Of a stretch of 64,000 bases of DNA, positions 38,227-50,390 are shown piece by piece. The DNA lies in contig JBLDXI010000064.1 in NCBI GenBank assembly GCA_047495785.1, positions 806,001 to 870,000 on the forward strand, written 5' to 3'. Within the stretch, counting starts at the first letter, position 1. The number at the start of each line of letters is the position of its first letter. A model generated the notes under the pieces. It was not told the DNA's origin, searched no databases, and worked only from the letters and a program-made list of their open reading frames with translations. The translations under genes were made by a program, and so were the position numbers. Origin of the DNA: Lepidodermella squamata (lineage: Eukaryota > Animalia > Gastrotricha).

Positions 38227-39806
38227 ATGCATTCAAAATGGCTGCTCTTTCGTCTCGTCTTTCTCAGTGCTGTTCTCAAGCCATCGATGGCCCAGGATGA
38301 AGAGGCGAAGCCGGTGCTGGACAAGTATTTGCCTCCAGGCGAGTCGTTCAAGCAGTCAATAACCGAACGCTGTAATTTGAAGACGAAAACGCGGCCATGC
38401 AGAGATTTCGACGAAGTCACAAATGTAACAGTTGAAACTTTCCCATACCGATTCAGTGGCATTTCCGACAAGGAGCAATCGTAAACAAAATCCTCCATCC
38501 CTCAAAAATAACGCAAAGTTTTCCTTACGGTAGGTATTCAATGATGATTGAGTTGGATTTCACGTGGCAACACCCGTGTGCTCAGTGGAGCGACGGCGAT
38601 ACGAAGCTCAAATCATTCGAATTGATAGCAGTAGATTGCTGGTTCCCAAAAATTCAACACATCAACGCAAATGACGATATTTCTAAGCTAACTACGTAAA
38701 TTTTAAACTAGCTCGCTTCGTTTATAAAATGTTGGGTACTCGAAAGAAGACTGTTGCTTCAAAGGGATTTTAGCAGCTGCCGAATTGCTAACCTTCTTTC
38801 TAAGCTGAAATGTCCGGTGCGCTTACAACTGAGAATAGAACTTAAAGTAGAACAATTTTATCAGTAATTGTTGGTATCCATGGACACATGCATATCCCTG
38901 ATTCTAGTTGTCAGTTTTCTAGTTCAACACTCACGAAATCTTTTAATCACTCAACTTATGTATAACTAAATATTTGTTCTGTAGCACTATGGAAGCAAAC
39001 AGCAAAATATATGTATGGCGCGAAGGGCTTATGCTGCTGCCCGTGGTTTCAGAGATCAATTCATTTTGCCCCCTCAAGTCAGTTTCGTTTTTCTCTCCTA
39101 TCTGATGTTTCAATCTTCTCACATTTTCAGGCTGGCCAATTTCCCGTTCGATACCCAGAAGTGTCGCGTTGAGGTTGAGTCGTGGTTCGCATCAACTGAA
39201 GTTCGCCTGCAACTGCCCGAGAACCAGACAAGCATCGACCACAGAATAGGCGATAATTTCATATCCGAAAACGACATTTGGGAGCTGGCAGGAACGACCG
39301 CGATCGTTGACGCCCACACTTATCCAGGGGATGCGACAGGTAACCAGTACTACCGTGTGATTTACGAGTTCAGCTACCGGCGTAAATCGGCGTCGTACAT
39401 CATGAACATATTCCTGCCGAGCTTCGCGCTGCTCTCGCTGATGCTCTCCGTGTGGGTGATGCCGCCGGAGCACCCGGACCGCCCCGGCTTCTGCATGACC
39501 GTCGTGCTCGCCTACACCGTCCTGCTGTCCATTGTCGCAGACTCGCTGCCGAAAACCTCCGAGCTCAGCTACACGCTCATCTTCATGGGCGCGCAGATGG
39601 TCATCGGCTGCGTGTGCACCATCTACGCTTTGGTGACATGCCAACTGGCGCATATTCCAATATTCAAGAAACGAAATGTTACATTATTCCGGAAAGTGCA
39701 ACTGACCCTGATTCGAGTGATAGACCTGGCTTTCTTTTGTATACTGCTTGTAACAAGCATAACCATGGATAGCGTTATTTTCAGTCGAATGATGTCTCAA
39801 TCGTAG
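38227..39806 (+). CDS. Cys-loop ligand-gated ion channel subunit D (4 exons; most divergent ECD)
   Basis: Signal peptide MHSKWLLFRLVFLSAVL and Cys-loop CPLKLANFPFDTQKC; same intron positions. Confidence 0.9.
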
Positions 39807-40059
39807 AAAACCTTTTAATAAAGACGACTCAAAGAAGTGTCCATTCATCTATCATTTGCTCTTATCTGCAAAGAAACTCATGTTTCTAACCACTTTTAAA
39901 AGCATTGAAGGTTGTGTTCTCTGTTAACAGTTATATCCTGTCTTCGTGTACACACGGGGTAACAAACAGTATAATCATAGATTATGGAACCGTTATCGCA
40001 AGTCCGTCTTTATCGTGCCGCCTCTATCTACCTTTTTCGGAAGAAGTTCACGCACTTTT

Positions 40060-41280
40060 TGCGTATTTGCGTTTGAAAAGCACGAGCTACTTTGTGTTCT
40101 TTTAAATCAACTTTTCATCACCCTTTCAAAAAATGACATACTGGCACTGAGCCAGCACAATGGATGTCCAAATCGCTAAAGTTATCATGGCGGATGTTTT
40201 CGGGCTCGAATCTACAATCGAAGAGCTCGAGGCGGTTAAAAACAGCAGTGATTTTACGAAAATGGCCATGGTATTCTCCTTGATATTTTCAAAACAAGGC
40301 AAAGAACTGAGAAAGGTTGAGGAGCTCGCCGAGGAGCTAGCTGAGACAAAGGAGCGGCTGGCAGCTACGGATAAACAGCTCGCTCTTGCCACCGACCAGC
40401 AAACCGCCGCGTCCTTCATTGTCGGCGTCGTAAAACTGGTCCCAGAAATAGCTGAACGAGGCGCTAACGTTCAGCGATTGGGAAAATACAGTGAGGATAG
40501 GCCGAGGCTGTTCATCTGCCGCCCAGCTATGAGAACATCAAGAAAACCCGAAGCCTCATCACGGATAGCTATCGGAACAAGAAGAACAATGTGGCCGGAT
40601 CTAGGGTACGAATCAAGTACGAATCACCAACTCGCAGAAAAGCGAGCTACATGATAAGGCAGATACTGACTCCACTGAAGGCCACAAACAACGACTTGTT
40701 GATAAACTACACCAACAACCGCGAGGCCGCGATCACCAACATCGGTCGGAGTTTCCACTTCGACTGGGTCAAGGAAGAATGGATCGAAGACGCGCAGGCA
40801 AAGCCGTTCTACCCCCGCAACGCCGGAAACGTCACGAAACGCTGAGCCTGAGAGACGGCCAGCCGCGGGCCAGTTAACGCAGGTTACTTCAAATGTTGGA
40901 ATATTCAAGGACTTTTCTTATAAAACAAGGGTATTGTTGTAATTAAATGCGATGCAATTGCCGAATTACTTAAAAACTGTGTTATTCCTGTGTATATTGG
41001 ATACATGTCACACTTGGACTGGAAGATGTTGTAAATATACCTATATTTGAAAAAATTTCTATCTATCAAATTCCATCGAAATTTGTGAAATCTACCCTAG
41101 ATAGAAACTTTACTGGAGGACTGATTCTCTATATATCTAAATCTGTCGAAAACTTATAACACATATCAAAAAGGAAGATTTAGATAACTTGATAACTGCG
41201 TTCACCTATGTAAATTTTACACCTAGCACTATGAAAAAAATGAATCAAATTGAAAATAATGATAACAAAAAAATAGTCAA
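40060..41280 (+). mobile_element. 5' portion of a degenerate LINE (coiled-coil ORF1 + APE start; CR1/L2-like)
   Basis: Coiled-coil ORF followed by RLGKYSEDRPRL, then CWNIQG (~40893) and GGLILYI (~41115) endonuclease-type motifs. It begins where similarity to 59.6 kb stops. Confidence 0.55.
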
Positions 41281-41381
41281 TCACCGAACCTCCGCATATG
41301 CTGTTCTTATTCGGTTTTCGAGTAATATTTCCTTGGGCATCCGATGGGAAGCGCCCGTTAGCTACTAGGTACGAGATCCAG

Positions 41382-43218
41382 CTTATAGTGCGTTCACAAA
41401 CTACTTCGGAGAGGCGTCCGAAGTTTTCGGCCTCCGAAGTTTCGTAACAGGCCTCCGAAGTTGCGTAATCGCTGCCCGAAGTTTAGATTTTCGTTCACAA
41501 ACGCGCGCACTTCGGACAGCGCGGCCGAAGTTTGAACAATAGGCGGTGCGCGCGCACCGAACAAAGGACGCGCACAAACTTCGGTTCGGAGAGCCCCAAA
41601 ACTGCTCTCCGAAGTGCCTCCGAACCGAAGTTTGTGCGCGTCCGAAGTTATTACGCACGCACGCGACCACGCGCGCGCGCACACAGCCATTTGACCACAC
41701 TCTACCGAGCGCCTCAAATTTGCCTTTCCGGTGATATTTTCATTGACAATGCAATCTGTTTCATTAGCCATTAAACATTAAACAATTAAATAACAATAGT
41801 GATAAACGTTTCGAAACTGAGAAATTAATATTGCAAAAAATGTCCGGCTCCTGTGACAAATTTTCAAATCTAGAAATAGCGCGGCGCGTATGGAAACTAG
41901 TTTTGATGAGAATGCGCGAAAATATTCAGTGAATATTTTTAATAGGGAATCTGGGGAACTGAGCGCTGAAATTTAGCTTCTTTTTATCCTCATCAGAAGG
42001 CGCGTCTCATTATGCAAACAATTCGGAGAATTAAGGTAAAATGGAAAAAAATTGCATTGACCCTGAGTAAGAGCCATACCCGCGCGTGGTGTGTGAGCGC
42101 ACGGCCAAACTCGGTCGCAAACAATAGAAACTTCGGTCGTCACGCTGCGCGCGCCCATATCGGCATTTTCTTGCTGGAGATAGCTGGAATTTCAAACCGA
42201 AGCTGGACATAGCTGGAAATTCGTCCAGACAAGTGGAAAGAGGTGGAGAAAGTTGGTTAGAAAAATTCCAGCTAATTCCAGGAGGTAGCATTCAAAACGA
42301 CGAGTCTGTAAAATAAGGAAAATCAGCTGGAGAGAGCTGAACATTCTATCCAGACACAATTGTACTCGTAGAAAAAAATCCACCTCATTTCTTCCGCTAA
42401 ATACTTTATGCAGCAATTTTCAATCGGAATTTGCTCGCCTATTATTTATTCGCCGTCGTTGCGTCAGCGCTGAACTTTAATAGGCAGGCCACGGGCAATT
42501 TTTTTATCAGGTTTTTTTAGCCAAGTGCCATGAACACCATCAGGAAGCTCACCTCTTTTTCCAATTCTTTGAGGCAAATGTCCTCTATTTGTTTTGGTCA
42601 CTGGTTCTCAAACTCAAACGATTGGCACGCGTGCCAGGGTTTGAGAGCCACTGGTTTTGGCGATTGGCAAGCCTTAGATTACTGAACACGTCGGGTGAGA
42701 TTTGAAATGTGCAACGGCCTGCACGCATTTTTGGGTCGGCGGTTCGCATTATTAGGGGTAATAAAATAAGGCGCGCGCAGACTAGCAAGCCACATCGTTA
42801 ATTATTACTTTTCATCGTCATTCGTAACATAAAGTTCGCTATAGCTGGAAAGCATAGGGCTTGGGCCTTCAATTTTTCTCAACACTCATCATTGATTTCT
42901 TCAATATCGTGAGTGATTAAACATTGTTATGTCTAGTTGCGAAATCTTACTTTTAATTTTCTGTTAGACTAAACGGCCGAATTAAGGAGGTTCATGGCGA
43001 AGCGTGGCAATGACTCTCATGGTAATTATCCCGATGCTGAAGTTATCAAAACTAATTGTATTTCAGCTAGAAACTCGGCAAATTGTCTACGGTTTCAAGT
43101 TGCGCACGTAGAACATGCCACTGATAAGGCCTCCGAAGTTATGTTATTTCTCTCCGAAGTTTCTACTTCGCTCTCCGAAGCAGTCGGTCTCCGAAGTAGT
43201 TTGTGAACGCACTATAAG
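41382..43218. mobile_element. ~1.8-kb non-autonomous DNA transposon with 31-bp inverted ends and CCGAAGT subterminal arrays
   Basis: cttatagtgcgttcacaaactacttcggaga (41382-41412) and its exact reverse complement (43188-43218), with many ccgaagt/acttcgg copies near both ends. Confidence 0.85.
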
Positions 43219-43711
43219 ACTTTTAGACTGGATCTCAACGTTCCACACTGGCCCGAATTCACCGTCATCCCTCCAAGCGAATGCTCGTTGGTTAGCATCT
43301 TCTAGTACTTCACCAGGGAATAGATGGCGAATACGGGAATCAACTGGTATGAGCGGCGGCAGCGGTTTTTTAGAAAACTTCTGATTCTGTGACTTCATGT
43401 TTAACAAACTAAGTTGTGAAAGGGAACATTTAGGAACATTTGCTTACACTTTGAACAGTACAACTCCCGAAAACCAGGCGCCGGAACTCCGAATCCGGCC
43501 AGCAGCGAAAAAACTCAAGTCCGCGACGACGAGACCAGGAAAATAGCGCGCTTTTAATATTAATTTTTTGAAAAAGCTAATAAAATTGATTTCTTTTATT
43601 TATTCGTGATAAACAGCAAATTCGAGTGACAACCAAGCAGAAACGCGCAAAATTTGAATTTCTCGTCGTTCACTTTTCTAGGGGGGGGGGGGGAGGGGGT
43701 CTGCAAATAAG

Positions 43712-44330
43712 CTATAATTCTCCATCGAACTGAAATAATTGGTCCTTCGCGGCAACCTCCAGTAGTTCTTTAAGTCCTTCTCGAGTTAAATTCATTCCAT
43801 GGATCTTATTAAACCAATCATCCTTGAAAGCTCTATCAACCAAGATATTAATAGTTTCATCCACCGGAACATTAGTAAATAAGGCAGTTACAGCATATGA
43901 TACCAGTAAATCATCTTCCTTGATTGTTAAGTGGCGAATTTCATCTGCGCAGGATAGAATATTCTTAATTGAGTAATCGTTCATCGCTAGTGGCTGTAGT
44001 TTTTCTTCCAACCATTTGGCAAGTTTATAGTTATAGGCATCGGTTGCAGAAAGGATAGGTCGCATGGCTAATTTGGCTTTGTGTGTTTTCGGTAAACCGT
44101 ATAGGTGAGGGAGTCTCGAGACTTTTCAAAGACTTTCTTTTCAACCGCTTTGGGTAGATACTTCTTGACGGTGCTAATCACGAGCTTCTCTTTTTCTAAC
44201 ATCGGATGGTAGTGATTCGGTGGTTTTCCTCTTTTTGGCGGGCGAATCAGACTAACAGACCTAAATTTGGATTCATCTAATACTGAGGCTTCTTTCAATA
44301 GGCGGACATGATCGGTTTTCAAAATAAGAA
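43712..44330 (-). mobile_element. Penelope-like element reverse-transcriptase fragment
   Basis: Frameshifted LPHLYGLPKTHK..MRPILS, YKLAKWL, LVSYAVTALFTNVPVDETI and FQFDGEL; truncated next to a G-run. Confidence 0.85.
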
Positions 44331-45103
44331 TCTCTTTTTCAATCTTGATTTCATCATACGAGTAATGCTGAAAAATGTAAAGAGATTTTCTGGCATGATC
44401 ATCGTCAATTCAATGCGGCGATGAACATCAAGTAATTAGTCGAGAGGAAAAGAAACTCAGTCATTAAAACTAAAAAAATCATTAAAACGAAATGTTGATG
44501 ATTTTAAATGATTTTAAATACGCCGAAGATGCTGCATGTTAAGAGAAGGTTTGTGGTTGCCCGCTCAATAAAAGACATCCGAAATGTGACATTAATTTCA
44601 TGAAACATTTTTGTACATAATTTCCTATAATCTCATTTCAGCTGAGCCGTGGTGGAAGCAGGTCGGTAGAGCAAACGTAGAGCAAACGATTTCAGATCAA
44701 AAATAGAACTATTATTTGGCTTGAGAGCAACGCAATAAGAGCAATTTTGCAAAAGAGTTTTTTTTCGCTATATCGGTTAATTTGCAATTAAGCAATTTCG
44801 GCTCGCAAGCAAGGAAAATTTTTAAATCGTGCGCGAGAATTCCTGCATGTTTAGCAGCCCTGTTTATAACCCTGGGCAATCTGAGGTTGCGGCTGGAATA
44901 CTATACGATAGCTTACGAACACGAATATACTACTCGTATTTGATTATAGAAACTCGGCTACGTCTATTACTGAAAAACATAGGGTTTTACAACAACATCA
45001 TAGAGGCAGGCCGATTCACAGTAAAGGCCGAAAAAAAGTTACATTTCCAACTTGGTAAACATTCCGGAACAGAAATTTGATTAGTCTACGTGATTCATTG
45101 GTT

Positions 45104-46074
45104 TCAACACGTTGACTTCGCTCGACCTGCTCCTCTCGACCTCAGCAAATCGGCCACATCGGTTTTCCTGTCGCAAATCGCTACATCAAGAGCTGTTTTG
45201 CCTTCTGCATCAGCGACATCCTTATCTGCACCTCTATCAAGCAACAGTCGAACTACTTCGATGTGCCCATAGTAAGCCGCAAACATCAACGCCGTCCAGC
45301 CTTCTTTATTCTTGACCTCGATGGCAGCGTTGCGATCCAGCAACAGTCGAGATAATTCGACTTGCCCCCACCTAGCAGCATACATCAACGCCGTCCAGCC
45401 AAAGTAACTCTTGGCCTCGATGTCAGCCTTGCGATCCAGCAACAGTCGAGCTAATTCGACTGTCCCATTCAAAGCCGCATACATCAACGCCGTCTGGCCA
45501 GTGTTATCCTTGGCCTCGATAGCAGCGTTGCGATCCAGCAACAGTCGAACTACTTCGACCCGCCCCATCGAAGCCGCATACATCAACGCCGTCGAGCCTA
45601 AGTAATCCTCCCTGGAATTCACATTAGCTCCACGTTGAATGAAAAGCTGAGCAATTTGCAATCCCTGGTCTGATTCGCTCCAATGGCAAAATACACTGTG
45701 CAGCAGGGTGCCATTTATCACAGTCAAACCACCACAGTAAATCTTCATTGGGTTGCGCCAGTTTGGGTCGAATTTGCCGCCAGTGGATTCGTCGATCTCC
45801 GCAACGAGTTGCCGCACCTGCGCCACGTCGCCAGTAAATGCTGTCACATTCCACAACTGTTCGTACACTTCGCGGACCTAAACGAAACAAAGAACAAAAA
45901 GAAATTGAAATCCTTATAGAGCCTGACTAGTTGAGAAAAACCTGAAGCTGAAAACGCACTATTTCTTTGCAGGCAAGCAGAAAAAGTAATTATAACTAAC
46001 GACAATATAGATACAGTTTGGAAGAGAAGGAAGGTTCTGGGTTCTGGCACATAAATAAGCTGATATTTTGCCAT
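45104..46074 (-). CDS. Ankyrin-repeat protein with N-terminal hydrophobic segment (exons ~46074-45928, 45878-45104)
   Basis: About 5-6 ankyrin repeats (G.TALMYAA..G.VE..RLLLDR.A.IEAK). A strong acceptor tttcgtttag sits at 45879, in phase with a GT donor after ...GFSQL. The first exon is inferred. Confidence 0.75.
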
Positions 46075-46119
46075 ATACTCCCCGATGTATAAGGTATATG
46101 CATTTCGGAATTTACCGGC

Positions 46120-49100
46120 AAATCAAATGAAACACTCTGATTTCGTTTTTAGATTAAATCAATAAAGAAATGGTTAGCTGTGTAACTGCGACCTGAGCGA
46201 CCTAATCCGGCGACCTGAGAAGTCAATAGAATCGTTATAATTTTGACAGGTTACATAATTTGGCCTTTGGCCAACTGAAATTTCAGTCGGTATTGATGGG
46301 GGTCTTTAATTTTCAACCGCTGAATTTTCAAAATTTCAAATAGGAAATCAGCGGGAAATATTGCAATTCAGCGCTGTTAGCGTATGACGTATGATGTTGA
46401 GCGCCGCCATTGCAGCCGGGTCAAATCAGCCCGATATGAAGCGCTTAGCCAAATCTGGACAAAAGTGTCATTTTCAGATTAGAATGTGTAGAAAACTTTC
46501 ACGCAATATAAATATTTTTTTGGCGAATTTTCGCAGGTGACAAATAAGCAATGCAACCCCACTTATTATACTGTTATCACTATGGTCCGAATCTTCACTG
46601 ACGGCAGCGCTTGCATTAACTCCACCTAATTCCCCGTTATTTCAGCCCTGTCAAATCAGTCCACGATGTTAAGGAGGAAATAATGTTTGCACGCTAAAAT
46701 TAATTAATCTTTTGCAAAAGTGTTCATTGACGACATTTCACCTGGTGACAATGAAGCAAATTTCCGATGAAGCCGAAATGTCATCATAATTTGATCCGAA
46801 GTTGTATTAAAACTGAACTCGCCTTTTGACTGTCAATTAAGGCTGATCTGTCCCTTGCTGGATTGTCGCCAGCGCAAATGTCGCCGAATACCGATTTCGC
46901 ACTATTTTATATTCGTAATACTTATTCTCAAATTGTCACATGATCGCATCATTGGTACGTTTCTTTATCTCCAACAGAGATGAAATTATTAACAAAACAA
47001 GCCATAAACAGACCATTTCTTTATTCTTGTTGAAATTATTAGTTCAACAAAAACGCATTTCTTTACTCGATTTATTGTTAAAGCTACTAACAAAATCAAG
47101 TGGCGTTTCATTCATTAAACATGTTTTTTGCCCGAAATTACCAACCGCTCGTCGAGTCGTTTTAGGAGCGATTTTTTCCAAGTCCTACGCATCAAGACCC
47201 AGCCCGGCGAAGGCAAAAAAAGCAAATGACCTAATTTTTTCGTTGATTTTCTCCAAGTTATGCTTGATGATTCATTATACTAAGCATAAAACCTATTAAT
47301 TCATGAGCGTGCGACATTTCAGCAGGAGACAAAACCGCAGGCAATTTTTTGATATGGGGTACGTTTCTTTATTCTCAACAGATTTTGTTGAAAACAAGGC
47401 AAAAAACAGAGACCATTTCTTTATCCATTTATGTTAAAAACAACCAGCAATGAGTATTTCATTATCCTGATTTTGTTAGTAGCAAAAACGATAATCAGAG
47501 GCATTTCTTTATTCAATTTTTTGCATTAACAAAATCTCGTTTATCAAATGAAACACTCTGATTTCGTTTTTAGATTAAATCAATAATAAGAAATGGTTAG
47601 CTATGTAACTACTATGGCGACCTGAGATGTCAATAGAATCTGTAATATTTCGACAGGTTGTAATAATTGGCCTTTGGTCAACTGAAATTTCAGTCGTATT
47701 GAGGATCTTAATGTTTCGAACGGTTACATTTTATAATTTGCAAATTGGAAATCAGCAGAAAATACTGCAAATCTACGCATTTAGCCTATGTTTTTATTTG
47801 CCGACATTTCAGCCGGGTCAAATCATCCCAATTTGAAGCGCCAAGTAACATGAAAACTAATATTTCATTTTTCAGACTAAAACGTGAAGTGAGCTTTTAC
47901 ACAATATAAAAGATTCTCTGTTCGACGACATTTTCGCAGGCGACAAATGAGCAATTCAGCCCGACTCATCAGAGTGCGATCAATTTGATCCGAAATTGGA
48001 AATTGGAAATTGTATTGAAGCTAAGCTTGCATTTCAAATTTCAATTCAAGGCTACACTGTAAAAAAAATTTCGCTATTTAGCACGGCCGGTTATTTAGAA
48101 TAAAAAATAAAACAATTTCGAATCGCTAAATACCAGAAAACTATTTAGAATAATCGGGGGTTATTTATCCTGAGTTTATTTATCCTGCGAACTTTTTTTT
48201 ATAGTGTAATCTGTCACTTGCTGGACTGTCGCCAGCGCAAATGTCGCCGAATATCGATTTCACACTATCTTCGACTCGAACCGTAAAATTTTAAAATTCC
48301 TAGTCACATTATTATATCAGCGGGTTTGTCGCTTGCTGGAATGTCGCAAGTCCAAAAATTAATGGGCTTGCAGCTTGGTATAATGAATCATGAAGCATGA
48401 CTTGGAAAAAATTAGCAGAAAAATAATTTATTTTCTTCTTCTGCCTACGTTGGGCTGGGTCTTGATGGGTACAAATTAGAAAAAATCGGTTGGTAATCTC
48501 GGGCAAAAAACATGTTTAATGAATGAAACGCCACTTGATTTTGTTAGTAGCTTTAACAATAAATCGAGTAAAGAAATGCGTTTTTGTTGAACTAATAATT
48601 TCAACAAGAATAAAGAAATGGTCTGTTTATGGCTTGTTTTGTTAATAATTTCATCTCTGTTGGAGATAAAGAAACGTACCCATATAACTAATCGGCCTAG
48701 TATTAAGCGGGGCTGGTAACAAGCAGGGCTAGTAGTAAGCTGCTCAAGTTTGCATTTGCAAAATTACATTCAGATATTTATACTACGATTAGCTTGTTAC
48801 CAGCGCCGCTAAATACGAGCCTGCTCATCACTAGAGCCTCTCACTACTAACCCCGCTTCCTACTAGCCCCGCTTTCTACGAGCCCAAAGGACGCTTCTCG
48901 GCCTTTTAGGGCATGATCAAAGTGTAGAATCAAGAGTTCGTCTTTTTTTTGATACAACTGCGTTCATGGGGCATGCTTACTACATGTATCTTCTTCGAAC
49001 AACAACCGCAAAAATGTGTATTTAGCTTGCTTATACATGATGACTTTGACATTGATGAAATTTCGTGATATCAAAATTTTTTCTGAAATAATTTCAAGTT

Positions 49101-50390
49101 AAACTGAGGAAGTGTATAATGCCATATAGGGTGCCTTTCTTTATCTCCAACAGAGATGAAATTATTAACAAAACAAGCCATAAACAGGTCATTTCTTTAT
49201 TTCTGTTGAAATTATTAGTTCAACCAGAAATTATTTCTTTATTCTAATTATTGTTGGAGCTACTATAATAATCAGCTAGCGTTTCATTCATTAAACATGT
49301 TTTTTGCCCAAAATTATCAACAACTCGCCGAGTTGTTTTTGGAGCGATTTTTTCTAAGTCGCACGCATCAAGGAAGGCAGAAGAAGAAAAAAACTCATTT
49401 TCCTGCAAATTTTTTCCAAGTTGCGCTTGATGATTCATTAGGCCAGCCAACATACTACCTATTAATTTATGGGGGTGTGACATTTCAGCTGGCGACAAAA
49501 CCGCAGCCAATTTTTTTAATATGAATTAATTATGTGTCAATTTGAGGATATTGCGAGTGCAAAATAGAGCGAAATTGCTATTGGGCGACAGTCCAGCAAG
49601 GGACATATCGGTCTTAATTGACAGACAAAATGCGAGCTCAGTTTAAATTCAAGTTCGGATCAAAATTATCAAATTCTGATGACATTTCGGCCAATTTGCC
49701 TTATAGTCGTCAGCTGAAGTGTCGTCAAATAATCAATTTTGTTTTAAATTATTGATTAGTTTTACTTTTGATTCAAAGCATAATACGAGCGTGGCCGTCA
49801 GTGATTACATTATAATATAAGTGAGGCTACATTGCTTATTTGTCACCTGCGAAAATGTCGCCAAAAAGAGAAACGTCTTATTGCAAGAGAGCTGAGAGCT
49901 GTCTCCACCTTCGAGTCTGAAAAGTTGCATTTTGCCTTGATTTGGCCAAGCGCTTCACATCGGGCTGATTTGACCCGGCTGAAATGTCGGCACTAATTAT
50001 ATTAGGCTATAAGCGCTGATTTTCAATATTTCCTGCTGATTTCCTGCTGCTATTTGAAAATTTGACAAATTAACCGATTGAAACATGATGACCCTTAATA
50101 TCGACTGAAATTTTAGTTGGCCCAAGGCCAAATTATACAACCTGTCTAAATATTACCTATTCTATTGACTTCTCAGGTCACCATGACAGCTACATAGCTA
50201 ACCATTTCTTTATCGATTTAATCTAATAAAAAAATCAGAGTGTTTCAATTTGATAAACGAGATTTTGTTAATGCAAAAAATTGAATAAAGAAATGCCTCT
50301 GATTATTGTTTTTGCTACTAACAAAATCAGAATAAAGAAATACTCACTGTCGGTTGTTTTTAACATAAATGGATAAAGAAATGGTCTCTG
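46120..50390. mobile_element. Cluster of partial and complete copies of a ~1.3-kb Harbinger-like MITE (complete copy 47357-48681)
   Basis: Terminus GGGTACGTTTCTTTAT (or close variants) at 46954, 47357, 48681 (inverted) and 49129. Internal sequence recurs in both orientations. Confidence 0.8.
48055..48206. mobile_element. Small TA-flanked MITE nested in the Harbinger-like copy
   Basis: CACTGTAAAAAAAA...TTTTTTTTATAGTG with TA on both sides; absent from the homologous position at ~46845. Confidence 0.75.

Noticed and set aside
41400-41650. CCGAAGT repeats as a CRISPR-like array
   Set aside because: The units are short and irregularly spaced, lie inside a TIR element in eukaryotic DNA, and have no cas genes nearby.
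46940-47299. ORFs 46940-47299 and 50478-50876 as a duplicated gene
   Set aside because: They are translations of non-coding MITE ends; the second is fused to a LINE fragment.
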